This document shows positions 43,001 through 51,255 of a stretch of DNA of 64,000 bases, one piece after another. Every line of letters starts with the position of its first letter. Position 1 is the stretch's first letter. Position numbers and translations under genes: made by a program. This stretch comes from Candidatus Planktophila sp. (GTDB taxonomy: Bacteria; Actinomycetota; Actinomycetes; Nanopelagicales; Nanopelagicaceae): assembly GCA_044372065.1 (NCBI GenBank), contig JBILSO010000001.1, forward strand, positions 941 through 64,940, written 5' to 3'. The notes under the pieces were generated by a model. It saw nothing but the letters and a program-made list of their open reading frames with translations. It had not been told where the DNA came from and searched no databases.

Positions 43001-43533
43001 TAGTCACTTGCTGCACGGAGTGCCTCGCGATAATTTCCCATGCGTAATCGAGTCTGTATCTCACCACCAGGACATCCCGTTGTTGCGATAAGACCATCTG
43101 CATATCGAGAGAGAAGCTCACGATCCATACGGGGCTTGTAGTAATACCCTTCGAGAGAGGCAAGGGATGAGAGGCGAAAAAGGTTTGCAAGTCCTTGATT
43201 GTTTTCGGCCAAGATTGTCATGTGGGTATATGCGCCACCGCCCGACACATCATCTTCACCACCGCTAGCCCATTGCACGCGCTTCTTCTCGTGTCGTGAT
43301 TCTGGAGCAACGTAAGCTTCAATACCAATGATTGGTTTTACGCCAACCTTTGTTGCCTGCTTATAGAAATCAAAGGCACCGAAAACATTTCCATGATCTG
43401 TCATGGCAATAGCGGGCATTTCTTGGCGCGCAACCTCGGCCACCAAGTCTCCTACACGCGCAGCACCGTCGAGCATCGAGTACTCGGTGTGGACGTGCAG
43501 ATGCACAAATGAATCTGAAGGGTTGCCGCTCAT
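40021..43533 (-). CDS. dnaE: DNA polymerase III alpha subunit (DnaE1)
   Basis: PHP domain HLHVHTEYSMLDG/TDHG/TNDLH, GPGRGSAAGS, PDIDLDF, KMDFLGL, YAFNRAH, OB fold; no intein. Confidence 0.98.
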   Translation of the reverse strand: MSGNPSDSFVHLHVHTEYSMLDGAARVGDLVAEVARQEMPAIAMTDHGNVFGAFDFYKQATKVGVKPIIGIEAYVAPESRHEKKRVQWASGGEDDVSGGGAYTHMTILAENNQGLANLFRLSSLASLEGYYYKPRMDRELLSRYADGLIATTGCPGGEIQTRLRMGNYREALRAASDYRDIFGAANFYLEVMDHGIDIENRVKADLLKLGKELKLPLLATNDLHYTFHEDAPAHEALLCVQSGSTLADPKRFKFDNSEFYVKTAAQMRELFKDIPESCDNTLLIAERCNVTLREGENLLPQFEVPAGHTEDSWLRALSHEGLQKRLGDRSTPEHIARLDYELDVMIKMGFPGYFLVVADLCSHAREVGIRVGPGRGSAAGSLVAYALGITGLDPIEHGLLFERFLNPERISMPDIDLDFDERRRSEMIRYATQKYGDDRVAQIITYGTIKSKQALKDATRVLGYPYVIGEKLTKALPPSVMGKDITLGGVFDKDDPRHGEAGEFRTLYDTDVDSKRVVDLARGLEGLKRQWGVHAAGVILSREPLLDVIPIHRREADGAIITQFDMGACEATGLLKMDFLGLRNLSVLDDALENIKLNLGIDVVLEDLPLSDAKTFELLGRGDTLGVFQLDGGPMRALLRSMSPDSFADISAVIALYRPGPMGENAHNNYADRKNGRKPVEAIHPELREPLADILGDTYGLIVYQEQVMAIAQKVAGFSLGRADLLRKAMGKKNKEILDKEYIPFEAGMKANGFGDAAIKRLWEVLIPFSDYAFNRAHSAGYGVVSFWTAYLKANYPTEYMAALLTSVRDDKDKSALYLSECRRMGINVLPPDVNESNSEYTPRGRDIRFGLAAIRNVGEGVVASIKSAREAKGNFTSFGDFLAKVDAQVCNKKTIESLIKAGAFDELGHHRKALVAIHLEAIDAVIESKRAEAIGQFDLFGDMGGSAVSGLEIEIPQGEWDKATLLAFEREMLGLYVSDHPLLGVEHILRSNTDMSISALVDDGGAQDGFVTIGGLITGISRKVSRTGSSWAIVTVEDLEGSLEVLFFANTYNQYALTLIEDRVVTIRGRVDRRDDQVRFSAVEMTSLDVSSGPVGPLMISLPISQCTPPIVERVKEILRSHPGKREVHLQIEDSGKSTTMKIDALVTSSPSLSADLKSILGPDCLVRS

Positions 43534-43552
43534 AGGCTGGCTAAATTAGCAC

Positions 43553-44491
43553 TTACGGAATGACAGCATCGGATAGCAACGCCAGACAAGCCTGAAGGTC
43601 ATCTGGATAGTCAGCCTTGAACTCCATCTGCTCTTCAGTGATGGGATGGGTGAAACGTAGCTCCTTGGCGTGAAGCCAAGGGCGCGCCATCTGCAGCGAT
43701 TTTGCTAGAACAGGATCAGCCCCATAGGTGGTGTCACCAACCAATGGATGATTGAGCGCACTGAAGTGGACTCGAATTTGGTGCGTACGCCCAGTTTCTA
43801 GTTCAACCTTAATCATGCTCACTGAGCGGTAATACTCGATCAGCTCGTAATGCGTGATGCTCTCTTTTCCATTTGCGACTACGGCAAACCGGTGATCAAT
43901 TTTTGGATGTCGATCGATAGGTGCATCGATTGTTCCTGTGGGAGGATCAATGTGACCTTGAATGAGTGCGTGATACGTCTTATCAACACTTCGTGTACGA
44001 AATGCTTCTTTCAACACTGTGAATGCTCGATCAGTCTTGGCAACAACCATCAAACCACTGGTTCCAACATCTAGCCGATGGACGATTCCAGTTCGCTCTG
44101 CTGCCCCTGAAGTTGAAATGGTGTAACCGGCTGCAGCTAGTGCTCCAACAACTGTAGGTCCGTGCCATCCTGGACTTGGGTGTGCGGCACATCCCACTGG
44201 TTTATTGATCACGAGAATATGGTCATCGTTGTAAACAACTTCTAAACCTTCTAAAGGCGTGAGTGGAATTGGGTCTCGCTCGATAGTCTCGGGAAGCAGT
44301 ACATCAATTACTTGTGCAGCACTGACGCGATCAGATTTGCCCAATGGCCTGCCTTCACACGTGATATCTCCATCATCGATTAGTCGCACAATCGCAGATC
44401 GAGAAAGACCCAGCACTCGAACGAGTGCGCTATCGATACGTTCGCCTGCAACACCTTCAGGAACGCTCAGCGTTCGCAATTCTCTAGCCAT
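43553..44491 (-). CDS. rluD: RluA/RluD-family pseudouridine synthase with S4 domain
   Basis: GERIDSAL S4-like start, INKPVG, GIVHRLDVGTSG, LETGRTHQIRVH; SD GAGGAG. Confidence 0.93.
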   Translation of the reverse strand: MARELRTLSVPEGVAGERIDSALVRVLGLSRSAIVRLIDDGDITCEGRPLGKSDRVSAAQVIDVLLPETIERDPIPLTPLEGLEVVYNDDHILVINKPVGCAAHPSPGWHGPTVVGALAAAGYTISTSGAAERTGIVHRLDVGTSGLMVVAKTDRAFTVLKEAFRTRSVDKTYHALIQGHIDPPTGTIDAPIDRHPKIDHRFAVVANGKESITHYELIEYYRSVSMIKVELETGRTHQIRVHFSALNHPLVGDTTYGADPVLAKSLQMARPWLHAKELRFTHPITEEQMEFKADYPDDLQACLALLSDAVIP

Positions 44492-44503
44492 AATTCTCCT
44501 CGA

Positions 44504-45007
44504 TTACTTCTGCGCGCCTGATGGGGCAAAAGGAGGAATCTCCTTAGCGATTAGAAATACTGATAGTAACGCTGCGAAGACTATTGCCATATCGGCTACG
44601 TTAAACACCGGAAAGCGTGGAAGTTCAATCCAATCGATCACATGCCCATTGAATATCGATGGTTGCCTAAAAATTCGATCAGTGAGGTTTCCAACGACGC
44701 CACCCAGAGCAAGTCCTAAAACCGCAGCCCACCGCGCATCTGCAACCCGGATTGAGTAGTAGGCGATTCCAGCGACAGCGAGGATCGCGAGAATTGTAAA
44801 AATGAAGGTAAAGCTGGTGCCAAAACTAAATGCTGCACCAGGGTTAAAGACTAAGCGAAGCTGAAGGATTGAACCGACTACTTTGATCGGCTGAACTTGG
44901 CTCACATTATTAAGGGCCCACACCTTGGTCGAGTAATCAATTAACCAGATGAAAGCTCCAAGAAAGTAGAGGCGTTGCCAGTGATGGGTAAGTCTTGCCA
45001 GAGGCAC
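44504..45007 (-). CDS. lspA: Lipoprotein signal peptidase II
   Basis: DYSTK, NPGAAFS, GGVVGNLTDR, VIDWI, PVFNVAD; exact start uncertain. Confidence 0.95.
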   Translation of the reverse strand: MPLARLTHHWQRLYFLGAFIWLIDYSTKVWALNNVSQVQPIKVVGSILQLRLVFNPGAAFSFGTSFTFIFTILAILAVAGIAYYSIRVADARWAAVLGLALGGVVGNLTDRIFRQPSIFNGHVIDWIELPRFPVFNVADMAIVFAALLSVFLIAKEIPPFAPSGAQK

Positions 45008-45009
45008 CT

Positions 45010-45831
45010 TTAGCGTCGCTCTTCTTTCTGCTTACAGATCATACATAGAGTTGCTCGTGGAAATACTTGCAGTCGTTCTTTACCAATTGGATTTGCACAA
45101 TCTTCACAATTTCCGTAACTCTTGTTGTCGATGCGCTCTAGTGCTCGCTCTGTCTGCAAAACCATGTCGCGTGCATTGATTACTAGAGACATTTCATGTT
45201 CGCGCTCGAAAGTCTTTGTGCCTGAGTCAGCTTGATCATCTCCTGCACCCTCGCCAGAATCTGCGATCAACGCTTCCATTTCATTCTCAATTAACTCAAG
45301 CTCATGCTTAAGACGAAGCAATTCTTTTGAAAGTTCGATACGGATCGCCTTTAACTCTGCAGCGCTCCATGGGGTTTCACCTGCGGATGCGGTGACAGGT
45401 GTCGGGGCAGATTTGATTGGCTTAAGGGGCGCAACTTTCTTTCCACTCTTTACTGGACGAGGTGGTGGTGGCATCACAAGGCGACGCTCTTCAACGACAG
45501 GTGCCGCAACAGGGGCAATTACGGTTGCAACTGAAACTGTCTGCGATTTCTCATCAACGGTCAGTGTTGGCTTGCCAGCTTTAGATGGGAATGGTCTACC
45601 TGGTGCACTCTTTTTTACCGGAGCTTTTGCAGGTGCTTTCTTTGCTGGAACTTTTTTAGCAGCAACTTTCTTTGCCGGCGCTTTCTTTGCAATTTTCTTA
45701 GCAGGAGCTTTCTTCGCTACTTTTTTTACTGGTTTAACGGCAGATTTCTTGGCAGGGGCCTTTTTCGCGGGAGCTTTCTTCGCCGCCTTCGCAGGCTTCG
45801 CCGCCTTCTTGACTACCTTTTTTGCTGACAC
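45010..45831 (-). CDS. Histone H1-like Lys/Ala/Pro-rich domain fused to a DksA/TraR C4 zinc-finger domain (DdbA-like)
   Basis: APAKK repeats, then coiled coil with GDDQADSG tip, YGNCEDC...RLQVFPRATLCMICK. Start GTG 45831 with TAAGGT 7 nt upstream. Lies between ileS and lspA. Confidence 0.9.
   Translation of the reverse strand: MSAKKVVKKAAKPAKAAKKAPAKKAPAKKSAVKPVKKVAKKAPAKKIAKKAPAKKVAAKKVPAKKAPAKAPVKKSAPGRPFPSKAGKPTLTVDEKSQTVSVATVIAPVAAPVVEERRLVMPPPPRPVKSGKKVAPLKPIKSAPTPVTASAGETPWSAAELKAIRIELSKELLRLKHELELIENEMEALIADSGEGAGDDQADSGTKTFEREHEMSLVINARDMVLQTERALERIDNKSYGNCEDCANPIGKERLQVFPRATLCMICKQKEERR
45602..45831 (-). repeat. Low-complexity coding repeat ((A/V)PAKK, AKK)
   Basis: KKAPAKKAPAKKSAVKPVKKVAKKAPAKKIAKKAPAKKVAAKKVPAKKAPAKAPVKK; degenerate at the DNA level. 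Confidence 0.85.
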
Positions 45832-45967
45832 GCCGCGCACCTTATGCGCTTTTTCGACTTCTACCAAATAGGCCACTCATGAACGAGGTGAAAATATTGC
45901 AGCGGTGCATGCGGTGCAGGCGGCGATTGGGGCAGGTGAACTGCCCTGCATTAGACTCGGCACCCTC

Positions 45968-48900
45968 ATGAGCTCACAATTTCGCCCACTCGCAGCCCAG
46001 ATTGACCTGCCTGCCATGGAACACTCAATTCTTGCGATGTGGGCTGACCAATCAATTTTCGAACGATCTCTCAAGGCCCGTGAAGGTCAGATTCCGTGGA
46101 CTTTCTATGAAGGTCCACCTACTGCAAATGGAATGCCAGGAACGCACCATATTGAAGCTCGCGTGTTTAAAGATGTCTTTCCACGTTTTCATACGATGAA
46201 GGGCAAATTCGTTACACGAAAAGCCGGATGGGATTGCCACGGCCTTCCCGTTGAAATTGCAGTCGAGAAAGAGTTGGGATTTTCAGGCAAGGGCGACATC
46301 GAAAAATTTGGTATCGCTCCCTTTAACGACAAGTGTCGAGAGTCAGTCACGCGACATGTAGGCGCATTCACAACGATGACTGAACGCATGGGCTTCTGGG
46401 TTGATTTTGATCAAGCGTATTGGACGATGTCACCAGAGTATGTGGAAAGCGTCTGGTGGTCACTCAAGGAGATCTGGAAGAAAGGTCTGCTTGTACAAGA
46501 CCATCGCGTTGCTCCTTACTGCCCGCGATGTGGCACAGGTCTTTCCGATCACGAATTAGCGCAAGGGTATGAAACAGTCACTGATCCCTCTGTCTTTATC
46601 CGATTCCCGATTACCTCTGGTGAATTAGTAGATCTCGACGCATCTTTGCTCGTATGGACAACAACTCCATGGACACTGGTTTCAAATACTGCGATCGCCG
46701 TTCACCCTGACGTTGATTATGTAGCAGCGCGAGTCACTCACGAAGATGCTTCTGAAGTGCTTGTTGTGGCAGAGGCGCTAACAGGTAGCTTGACCGGAGA
46801 TGTCGAGATTCTCAAAACCTTCAAGGGCTCAACTCTTGAACGAGTGACATATTCACGCCCACTGGATTTTGTCGAGATTCCTGACGCTCACTTCGTTGTT
46901 CTGGCAACCTATGTCACTACCGAAGATGGAACTGGCTTAGTGCATCAAGCACCTGCATTCGGTGCAGATGACTTACAGGTTTGTCGCAGCTATGGATTAC
47001 CCGTCGTTAACCCAATTGCTCCTAACGGAACATTCCTGGCAGAAGTTCCACTGGTCGGTGGTCTCTTCTTCAAAGATGCAGATAAGCCACTTGTAAAGGA
47101 ACTGAAATCTCGTGGCGTACTTTATAAGCACCTTCAATATGAGCACACTTATCCGCACTGCTGGCGATGCCACACAGCGCTGATCTATTACGCACAACCG
47201 TCGTGGTACATCCGCACGACATCTATCAAGGATGCGCTCATCCGTGAAAATGAGAAAACCAATTGGCACCCTGAGACCATCAAGACGGGTCGTTATGGAG
47301 ACTGGCTCAACAACAACATTGACTGGGCTCTCTCACGAAATAGATTCTGGGGAACTCCTCTACCCATCTGGCGTTGTGAAAATAAACATGAGATCTGTGT
47401 TGATTCACTCAAAGAACTTGGCCAACTAGCCGGAGCAGATTTACTCGAGCTGGATCCACATCGTCCATTTGTTGATGACATTACCTTCGCATGCGCAGAG
47501 TGTGCGAGCACGATGGTGCGAGTTCCGGAAGTCATTGACTGCTGGTTTGATTCCGGAGCAATGCCATTTGCTCAATGGGGTTATCCGCATAAGGAAGGCT
47601 CGAAAGAGAAGTTTGCAGCGGCATATCCGGCTGACTTTATCTGCGAAGCTATCGATCAAACCCGCGGCTGGTTCTACACCCTGATGACCATCGGAACCTT
47701 AGTCTTTGACGAATCCTCTTATAAAGATGTGCTCTGCTTGGGTCACATCCTTGATAAAGATGGACGCAAAATGAGCAAACATCTAGGAAATGTTTTAGAG
47801 CCGATTGCGCTGATGGATCAACACGGAGCAGATGCTGTGCGTTGGTACATGCTTGCAGCTGGATCTCCCTGGTCTGCTCGTCGAGTTGGTCATGATGCAA
47901 TAAGTGATGTTGTGCGAAAGACGCTGCTGACCTACTGGAACACAATCTCTTTCCACTCTCTCTACGCACATGCATCTAACTTTGATCTTGCTCAATCACC
48001 GGCAATTAAAGATCGCTCTTTGATGGATCATTGGATTTTATCTGAACTCAATATCCTGATCGAAGAAGTCGATAAGGCATATACCGAATTCGATTCTCAA
48101 CAAGCCGGTCGAGTCCTCGCTGCATTTATCGATGATCTATCTAACTGGTATGTGCGTCGATCTCGACGTCGTTTCTGGGATGGAGATACTGCAGCTCTTG
48201 CAACCCTCCATGAGTGTTTAGAGACACTTACTCAGCTTCTTGCTCCAATGGTTCCATTTATCTCAGAGCATGCGTGGCAGGAACTGATCCGTCCTGCACG
48301 CCCAGGTGCTGCTGCATCTGTTCATCTCACAGATTTTCCTATCGCGGATTCACAATGGATCAATCGCACGCTGAGCACGCAAGTTGCAATGACTCGCCGT
48401 GTAGTTGAGCAAGGAAGAGCTGCTCGCGCCGAATCTGGAATCAAAATCCGCCAGCCACTGGGGCGTGCACTGATTTCAGCAGCTGGCTGGGACAAACTGC
48501 CGGACGAGATGAAAGATCAAATTGCAGACGAGCTCAATGTCATCAATCTTGCTGACATTGCAGATGCCGATGGCGACCTTGTTGATATCTCAATCAAGGC
48601 AAACTTCAAATCGCTCGGTGCAAAATATGGCGCAGACGTTCAGGCAGTTGCCAAGCTGATTGCAGCAGCCGATGCGCCTTCATTGGTGAAGACTCTTCGA
48701 AGCCAGAGCAGCGCAACAGTTGGAACATTTGAGATTGATCTTGGCGATGTTGTTGTCACTGAAGTTCCAAAGAGTGGGTGGATGGTCGCAAGTCACGACG
48801 GTGAGTCTGTAGCACTCGATTTGGCCCTGACGCCCGAGCTTATTGAGGCAGGACTAGTTCGAGAGGTTATTCGCTTCATTCAAGATCGACGCAAGAGCGA

Positions 48901-49084
48901 TGGTCTCGATATCTCAGATCGCATCTCAATTACTTATAACGCTCTACCTCAAATCGCTGATGCAATTTCTGCGCAAGATTCACACATTAGTGGAGAAGTT
49001 CTTGCGACTTCGCTTACCCGAGATGAGTCTCTCGAAGTGGGCGAAAACGAACTTGGACTTACTGTCAACCTCAAGAGAGCTTAA
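45968..49084 (+). CDS. ileS: Isoleucyl-tRNA synthetase, type 2
   Basis: FYEGPPTANGMPGTHH, GWDCHGLPVE, WTTTPWTL, DWALSRNRFWGTP, DQTRGWFY, KMSKH. Start moved to ATG 45968 (TAGACT at 45952-45957). Confidence 0.97.
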   Translation: MSSQFRPLAAQIDLPAMEHSILAMWADQSIFERSLKAREGQIPWTFYEGPPTANGMPGTHHIEARVFKDVFPRFHTMKGKFVTRKAGWDCHGLPVEIAVEKELGFSGKGDIEKFGIAPFNDKCRESVTRHVGAFTTMTERMGFWVDFDQAYWTMSPEYVESVWWSLKEIWKKGLLVQDHRVAPYCPRCGTGLSDHELAQGYETVTDPSVFIRFPITSGELVDLDASLLVWTTTPWTLVSNTAIAVHPDVDYVAARVTHEDASEVLVVAEALTGSLTGDVEILKTFKGSTLERVTYSRPLDFVEIPDAHFVVLATYVTTEDGTGLVHQAPAFGADDLQVCRSYGLPVVNPIAPNGTFLAEVPLVGGLFFKDADKPLVKELKSRGVLYKHLQYEHTYPHCWRCHTALIYYAQPSWYIRTTSIKDALIRENEKTNWHPETIKTGRYGDWLNNNIDWALSRNRFWGTPLPIWRCENKHEICVDSLKELGQLAGADLLELDPHRPFVDDITFACAECASTMVRVPEVIDCWFDSGAMPFAQWGYPHKEGSKEKFAAAYPADFICEAIDQTRGWFYTLMTIGTLVFDESSYKDVLCLGHILDKDGRKMSKHLGNVLEPIALMDQHGADAVRWYMLAAGSPWSARRVGHDAISDVVRKTLLTYWNTISFHSLYAHASNFDLAQSPAIKDRSLMDHWILSELNILIEEVDKAYTEFDSQQAGRVLAAFIDDLSNWYVRRSRRRFWDGDTAALATLHECLETLTQLLAPMVPFISEHAWQELIRPARPGAAASVHLTDFPIADSQWINRTLSTQVAMTRRVVEQGRAARAESGIKIRQPLGRALISAAGWDKLPDEMKDQIADELNVINLADIADADGDLVDISIKANFKSLGAKYGADVQAVAKLIAAADAPSLVKTLRSQSSATVGTFEIDLGDVVVTEVPKSGWMVASHDGESVALDLALTPELIEAGLVREVIRFIQDRRKSDGLDISDRISITYNALPQIADAISAQDSHISGEVLATSLTRDESLEVGENELGLTVNLKRA

Positions 49085-49362
49085 AGAGTTTCTCTCACAA
49101 TAGTTGATGCAAAATTAAGTGCGAGCAAGAGCACGATAAAGGAAAGATCCAAAGAGACTCCACCTAATCTCAGTGGTGGAATAAATCGACCAACAAACTT
49201 CATCGGTGGATCAGTGATGGCGTAGATGACTTCAAAGAGAGCAATCAGTCCACTCTTTGGACGCCAATTACGCGCAAACATTCTTACATAGTCGATGATA
49301 AGGCGCGCAAAGAGAACCCATTTAAAAAAGGTGAGTAGATTGAGAATCAGTTCTTTAAACAT
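49081..49362 (-). CDS. yggT: YggT/YlmG (SepG)-family membrane protein
   Basis: ITDPPMK...IPPLRLGGVSLDLSFIVL; follows sepF in the dcw cluster. Confidence 0.92.
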   Translation of the reverse strand: MFKELILNLLTFFKWVLFARLIIDYVRMFARNWRPKSGLIALFEVIYAITDPPMKFVGRFIPPLRLGGVSLDLSFIVLLLALNFASTIVRETL

Positions 49363-49381
49363 ATGAATGCAAAGTTACTGA

Positions 49382-49885
49382 TTAGCTCTGATTGTAAAAA
49401 CTTGCCTGCGCATAGGCTGCTTTATCCTCAGTGCGAACAGTTACGTTTGCAGGTGAGAGTAGAAATACGCGGCTGGTGATTTTTTCAATTCCACCTCGAA
49501 GACCGAAAGCCAAGCCGCTTGCAAAATCTACAAGTCGCTTACGCTCTGATTCATCCATATCGTCAAGATTAATAATTACTGGATTGCCCTCGCGATAGTG
49601 CTCCGCCATTTGACGTGCCTCTGAATATGAACGTGGGTGCAATGTGACGATGTTGTATGAGGGCTCAAGATCAAGAACTGGATCGACTGCAACATGGGCG
49701 CGCCCACCAATAACTGTCACGCCATTTGTAGAGGATGCTGACGTTGCTGGCGTTGCAGATGCCGTCGGGGTTATCGCTCTTACGCGCTCTTCGCGACGAA
49801 CTTCTTTTGGCTTAACTTCTTCGGCAGCTCCCTCTGGGCCATCAACGAGGCCGAGGTACTCCATTACTTTATTGAGTGCAGACAT
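49382..49885 (-). CDS. sepF: Cell division protein SepF
   Basis: Amphipathic MSALNKVMEYLGLV, HPRSYSEA, PVIINL, RLVDFASGL, VFLLSP. Start moved to 49885. Confidence 0.95.
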   Translation of the reverse strand: MSALNKVMEYLGLVDGPEGAAEEVKPKEVRREERVRAITPTASATPATSASSTNGVTVIGGRAHVAVDPVLDLEPSYNIVTLHPRSYSEARQMAEHYREGNPVIINLDDMDESERKRLVDFASGLAFGLRGGIEKITSRVFLLSPANVTVRTEDKAAYAQASFYNQS

Positions 49886-49895
49886 GCGAGTAATT

Positions 49896-50591
49896 TTACG
49901 CGTGCAGAGCGCGGAGTCCGAGTATTTGGCTCCCCACGCGAATGTGTGTCGCGCCATGGGCGATAGCAATTTCAAAATCTCCGCTCATTCCTGCGGATAA
50001 GGATTGTGCTGTCGGAAACTCTTGACGAAATCTCTGAGCAAGAAGAGCTACTTCTGAAAATGCCTTATTTGGCTCGGCTTGGACGGGAGGGACAACCATC
50101 AACCCAACCAGCTCTAGATGTTGTGTAGAAGAAATTGCCTGGCCAAGGACAAACAAATCGTCTCCCCTAACTCCGGCCCTGGAAGTGTCTCCATCAAGTG
50201 AAATCTGAATGAAAACATTGAGTCGTTTTCCAGGAATTTCTCCTACTGCTCTATCGAACTTTGCGACATGGGAGAGGTCATCCAAAGAGTGAACCGTTCT
50301 GGCCCAGGAAGAGATAGCGGCAATTTTATTACTCTGAATCTGTCCCTGAAAATGCCAATGTGAGGGAACGATCGCTGATTTTTCAAGTCCCTCCGCGCTC
50401 CTGTTTTCGCCAAAATCAGTAACACCTAACTGATGCAAGATCTCAACATCGCTCACAGGATAGGTTTTGGTGACTGCAACGAGTGTGACTTCATCTGCTT
50501 TTCGCGAAGCTTGAGAAGTGGCACGAGCAATGCGCTCTCGAACATCTGCCAGAGAGAGCGAAAGTTCTGCCCTGCGATCGAGTTCGCTCAT
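49896..50591 (-). CDS. yggS: YggS/YlmE PLP-binding homeostasis protein
   Basis: LVAVTKTYP, FGENR, WHFQGQIQSNK, LSAGMSGD, GATHIRVGS; ATGA overlap with pgeF. Confidence 0.94.
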   Translation of the reverse strand: MSELDRRAELSLSLADVRERIARATSQASRKADEVTLVAVTKTYPVSDVEILHQLGVTDFGENRSAEGLEKSAIVPSHWHFQGQIQSNKIAAISSWARTVHSLDDLSHVAKFDRAVGEIPGKRLNVFIQISLDGDTSRAGVRGDDLFVLGQAISSTQHLELVGLMVVPPVQAEPNKAFSEVALLAQRFRQEFPTAQSLSAGMSGDFEIAIAHGATHIRVGSQILGLRALHA

Positions 50592-51253
50592 AACCACACA
50601 ACTCCTACTTGGCGTCCTGTTACACCATCTCTGCGATAAGAGTAGAGCTTGTTATCTTCAAACGTACAGCGTCCTTCATCGACAACCGTAATTCCTATGT
50701 GCTCCAACTGATCTATAAGCGCTCGGGAGATATTAAGCGCTAATCCGCCTTCTCGTGTCTTGGCTGCTGCAAGTGGAAAACTCTGTCTCACTTCATCATA
50801 AATATCCTCGGAGACTTCATAACACTCGCCACAGATTGATGGACCCACAACCGCTGTAATCTCAGTAGTATCGCGAGAGCGCATTTCTTGAATCGCATTA
50901 AGCGCAACTCCATTCATGAGTCCTTTACGACCAACATGAACTGCAGACACTGTCTGTGAGCTGGCCAGCAAAAGAGGAATGCAATCGGCAACCATGACCG
51001 CGAGACCAATTGCAGTACTTTCTGTAACTAGGGCGTCAGCTGTTGGTGCCGAGACGATCTCTGCTCCGATAGAAGCAACTGTGTTCCCATGCACCTGATC
51101 CATAAATTGAAGTGGCAGGCCAAGGCGAGTCTCAAGTTCTGCCCGATTTGCAAAAACAGTGGCGTGATCATCGCCAACGTGGCTCGCTAAATTCAGAGAA
51201 AGAAACGCACCGGCAGATAAACCACCGGTGCGATCTGTAAAACTGTAATTCAC
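50588..51253 (-). CDS. pgeF: PgeF/YfiH/YlmD family (purine nucleoside phosphorylase/laccase-like)
   Basis: LNLASHVGD, QVHG, ADALVT, VADCIP, HVGRKG, GPSICGECYEV, YSYRR. Confidence 0.93.
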   Translation of the reverse strand: MNYSFTDRTGGLSAGAFLSLNLASHVGDDHATVFANRAELETRLGLPLQFMDQVHGNTVASIGAEIVSAPTADALVTESTAIGLAVMVADCIPLLLASSQTVSAVHVGRKGLMNGVALNAIQEMRSRDTTEITAVVGPSICGECYEVSEDIYDEVRQSFPLAAAKTREGGLALNISRALIDQLEHIGITVVDEGRCTFEDNKLYSYRRDGVTGRQVGVVWL

Positions 51254-51255
51254 TA

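Noticed and set aside
40021-43533. Intein or split dnaE; intact PHP proofreading site as a novelty
   Set aside because: Length (1170 aa) and motifs are continuous, and an intact PHP metal site is standard for actinobacterial DnaE1.
45602-45831. Repeats as a CRISPR array or VNTR
   Set aside because: They are degenerate in-frame coding repeats with no constant repeat/spacer structure and no cas genes nearby.
45392-45871. Phe/Ala/Gly-rich 159-aa plus-strand ORF that looks like a membrane protein
   Set aside because: It is the reverse complement of the Lys/Ala/Pro repeat in the DksA fusion.
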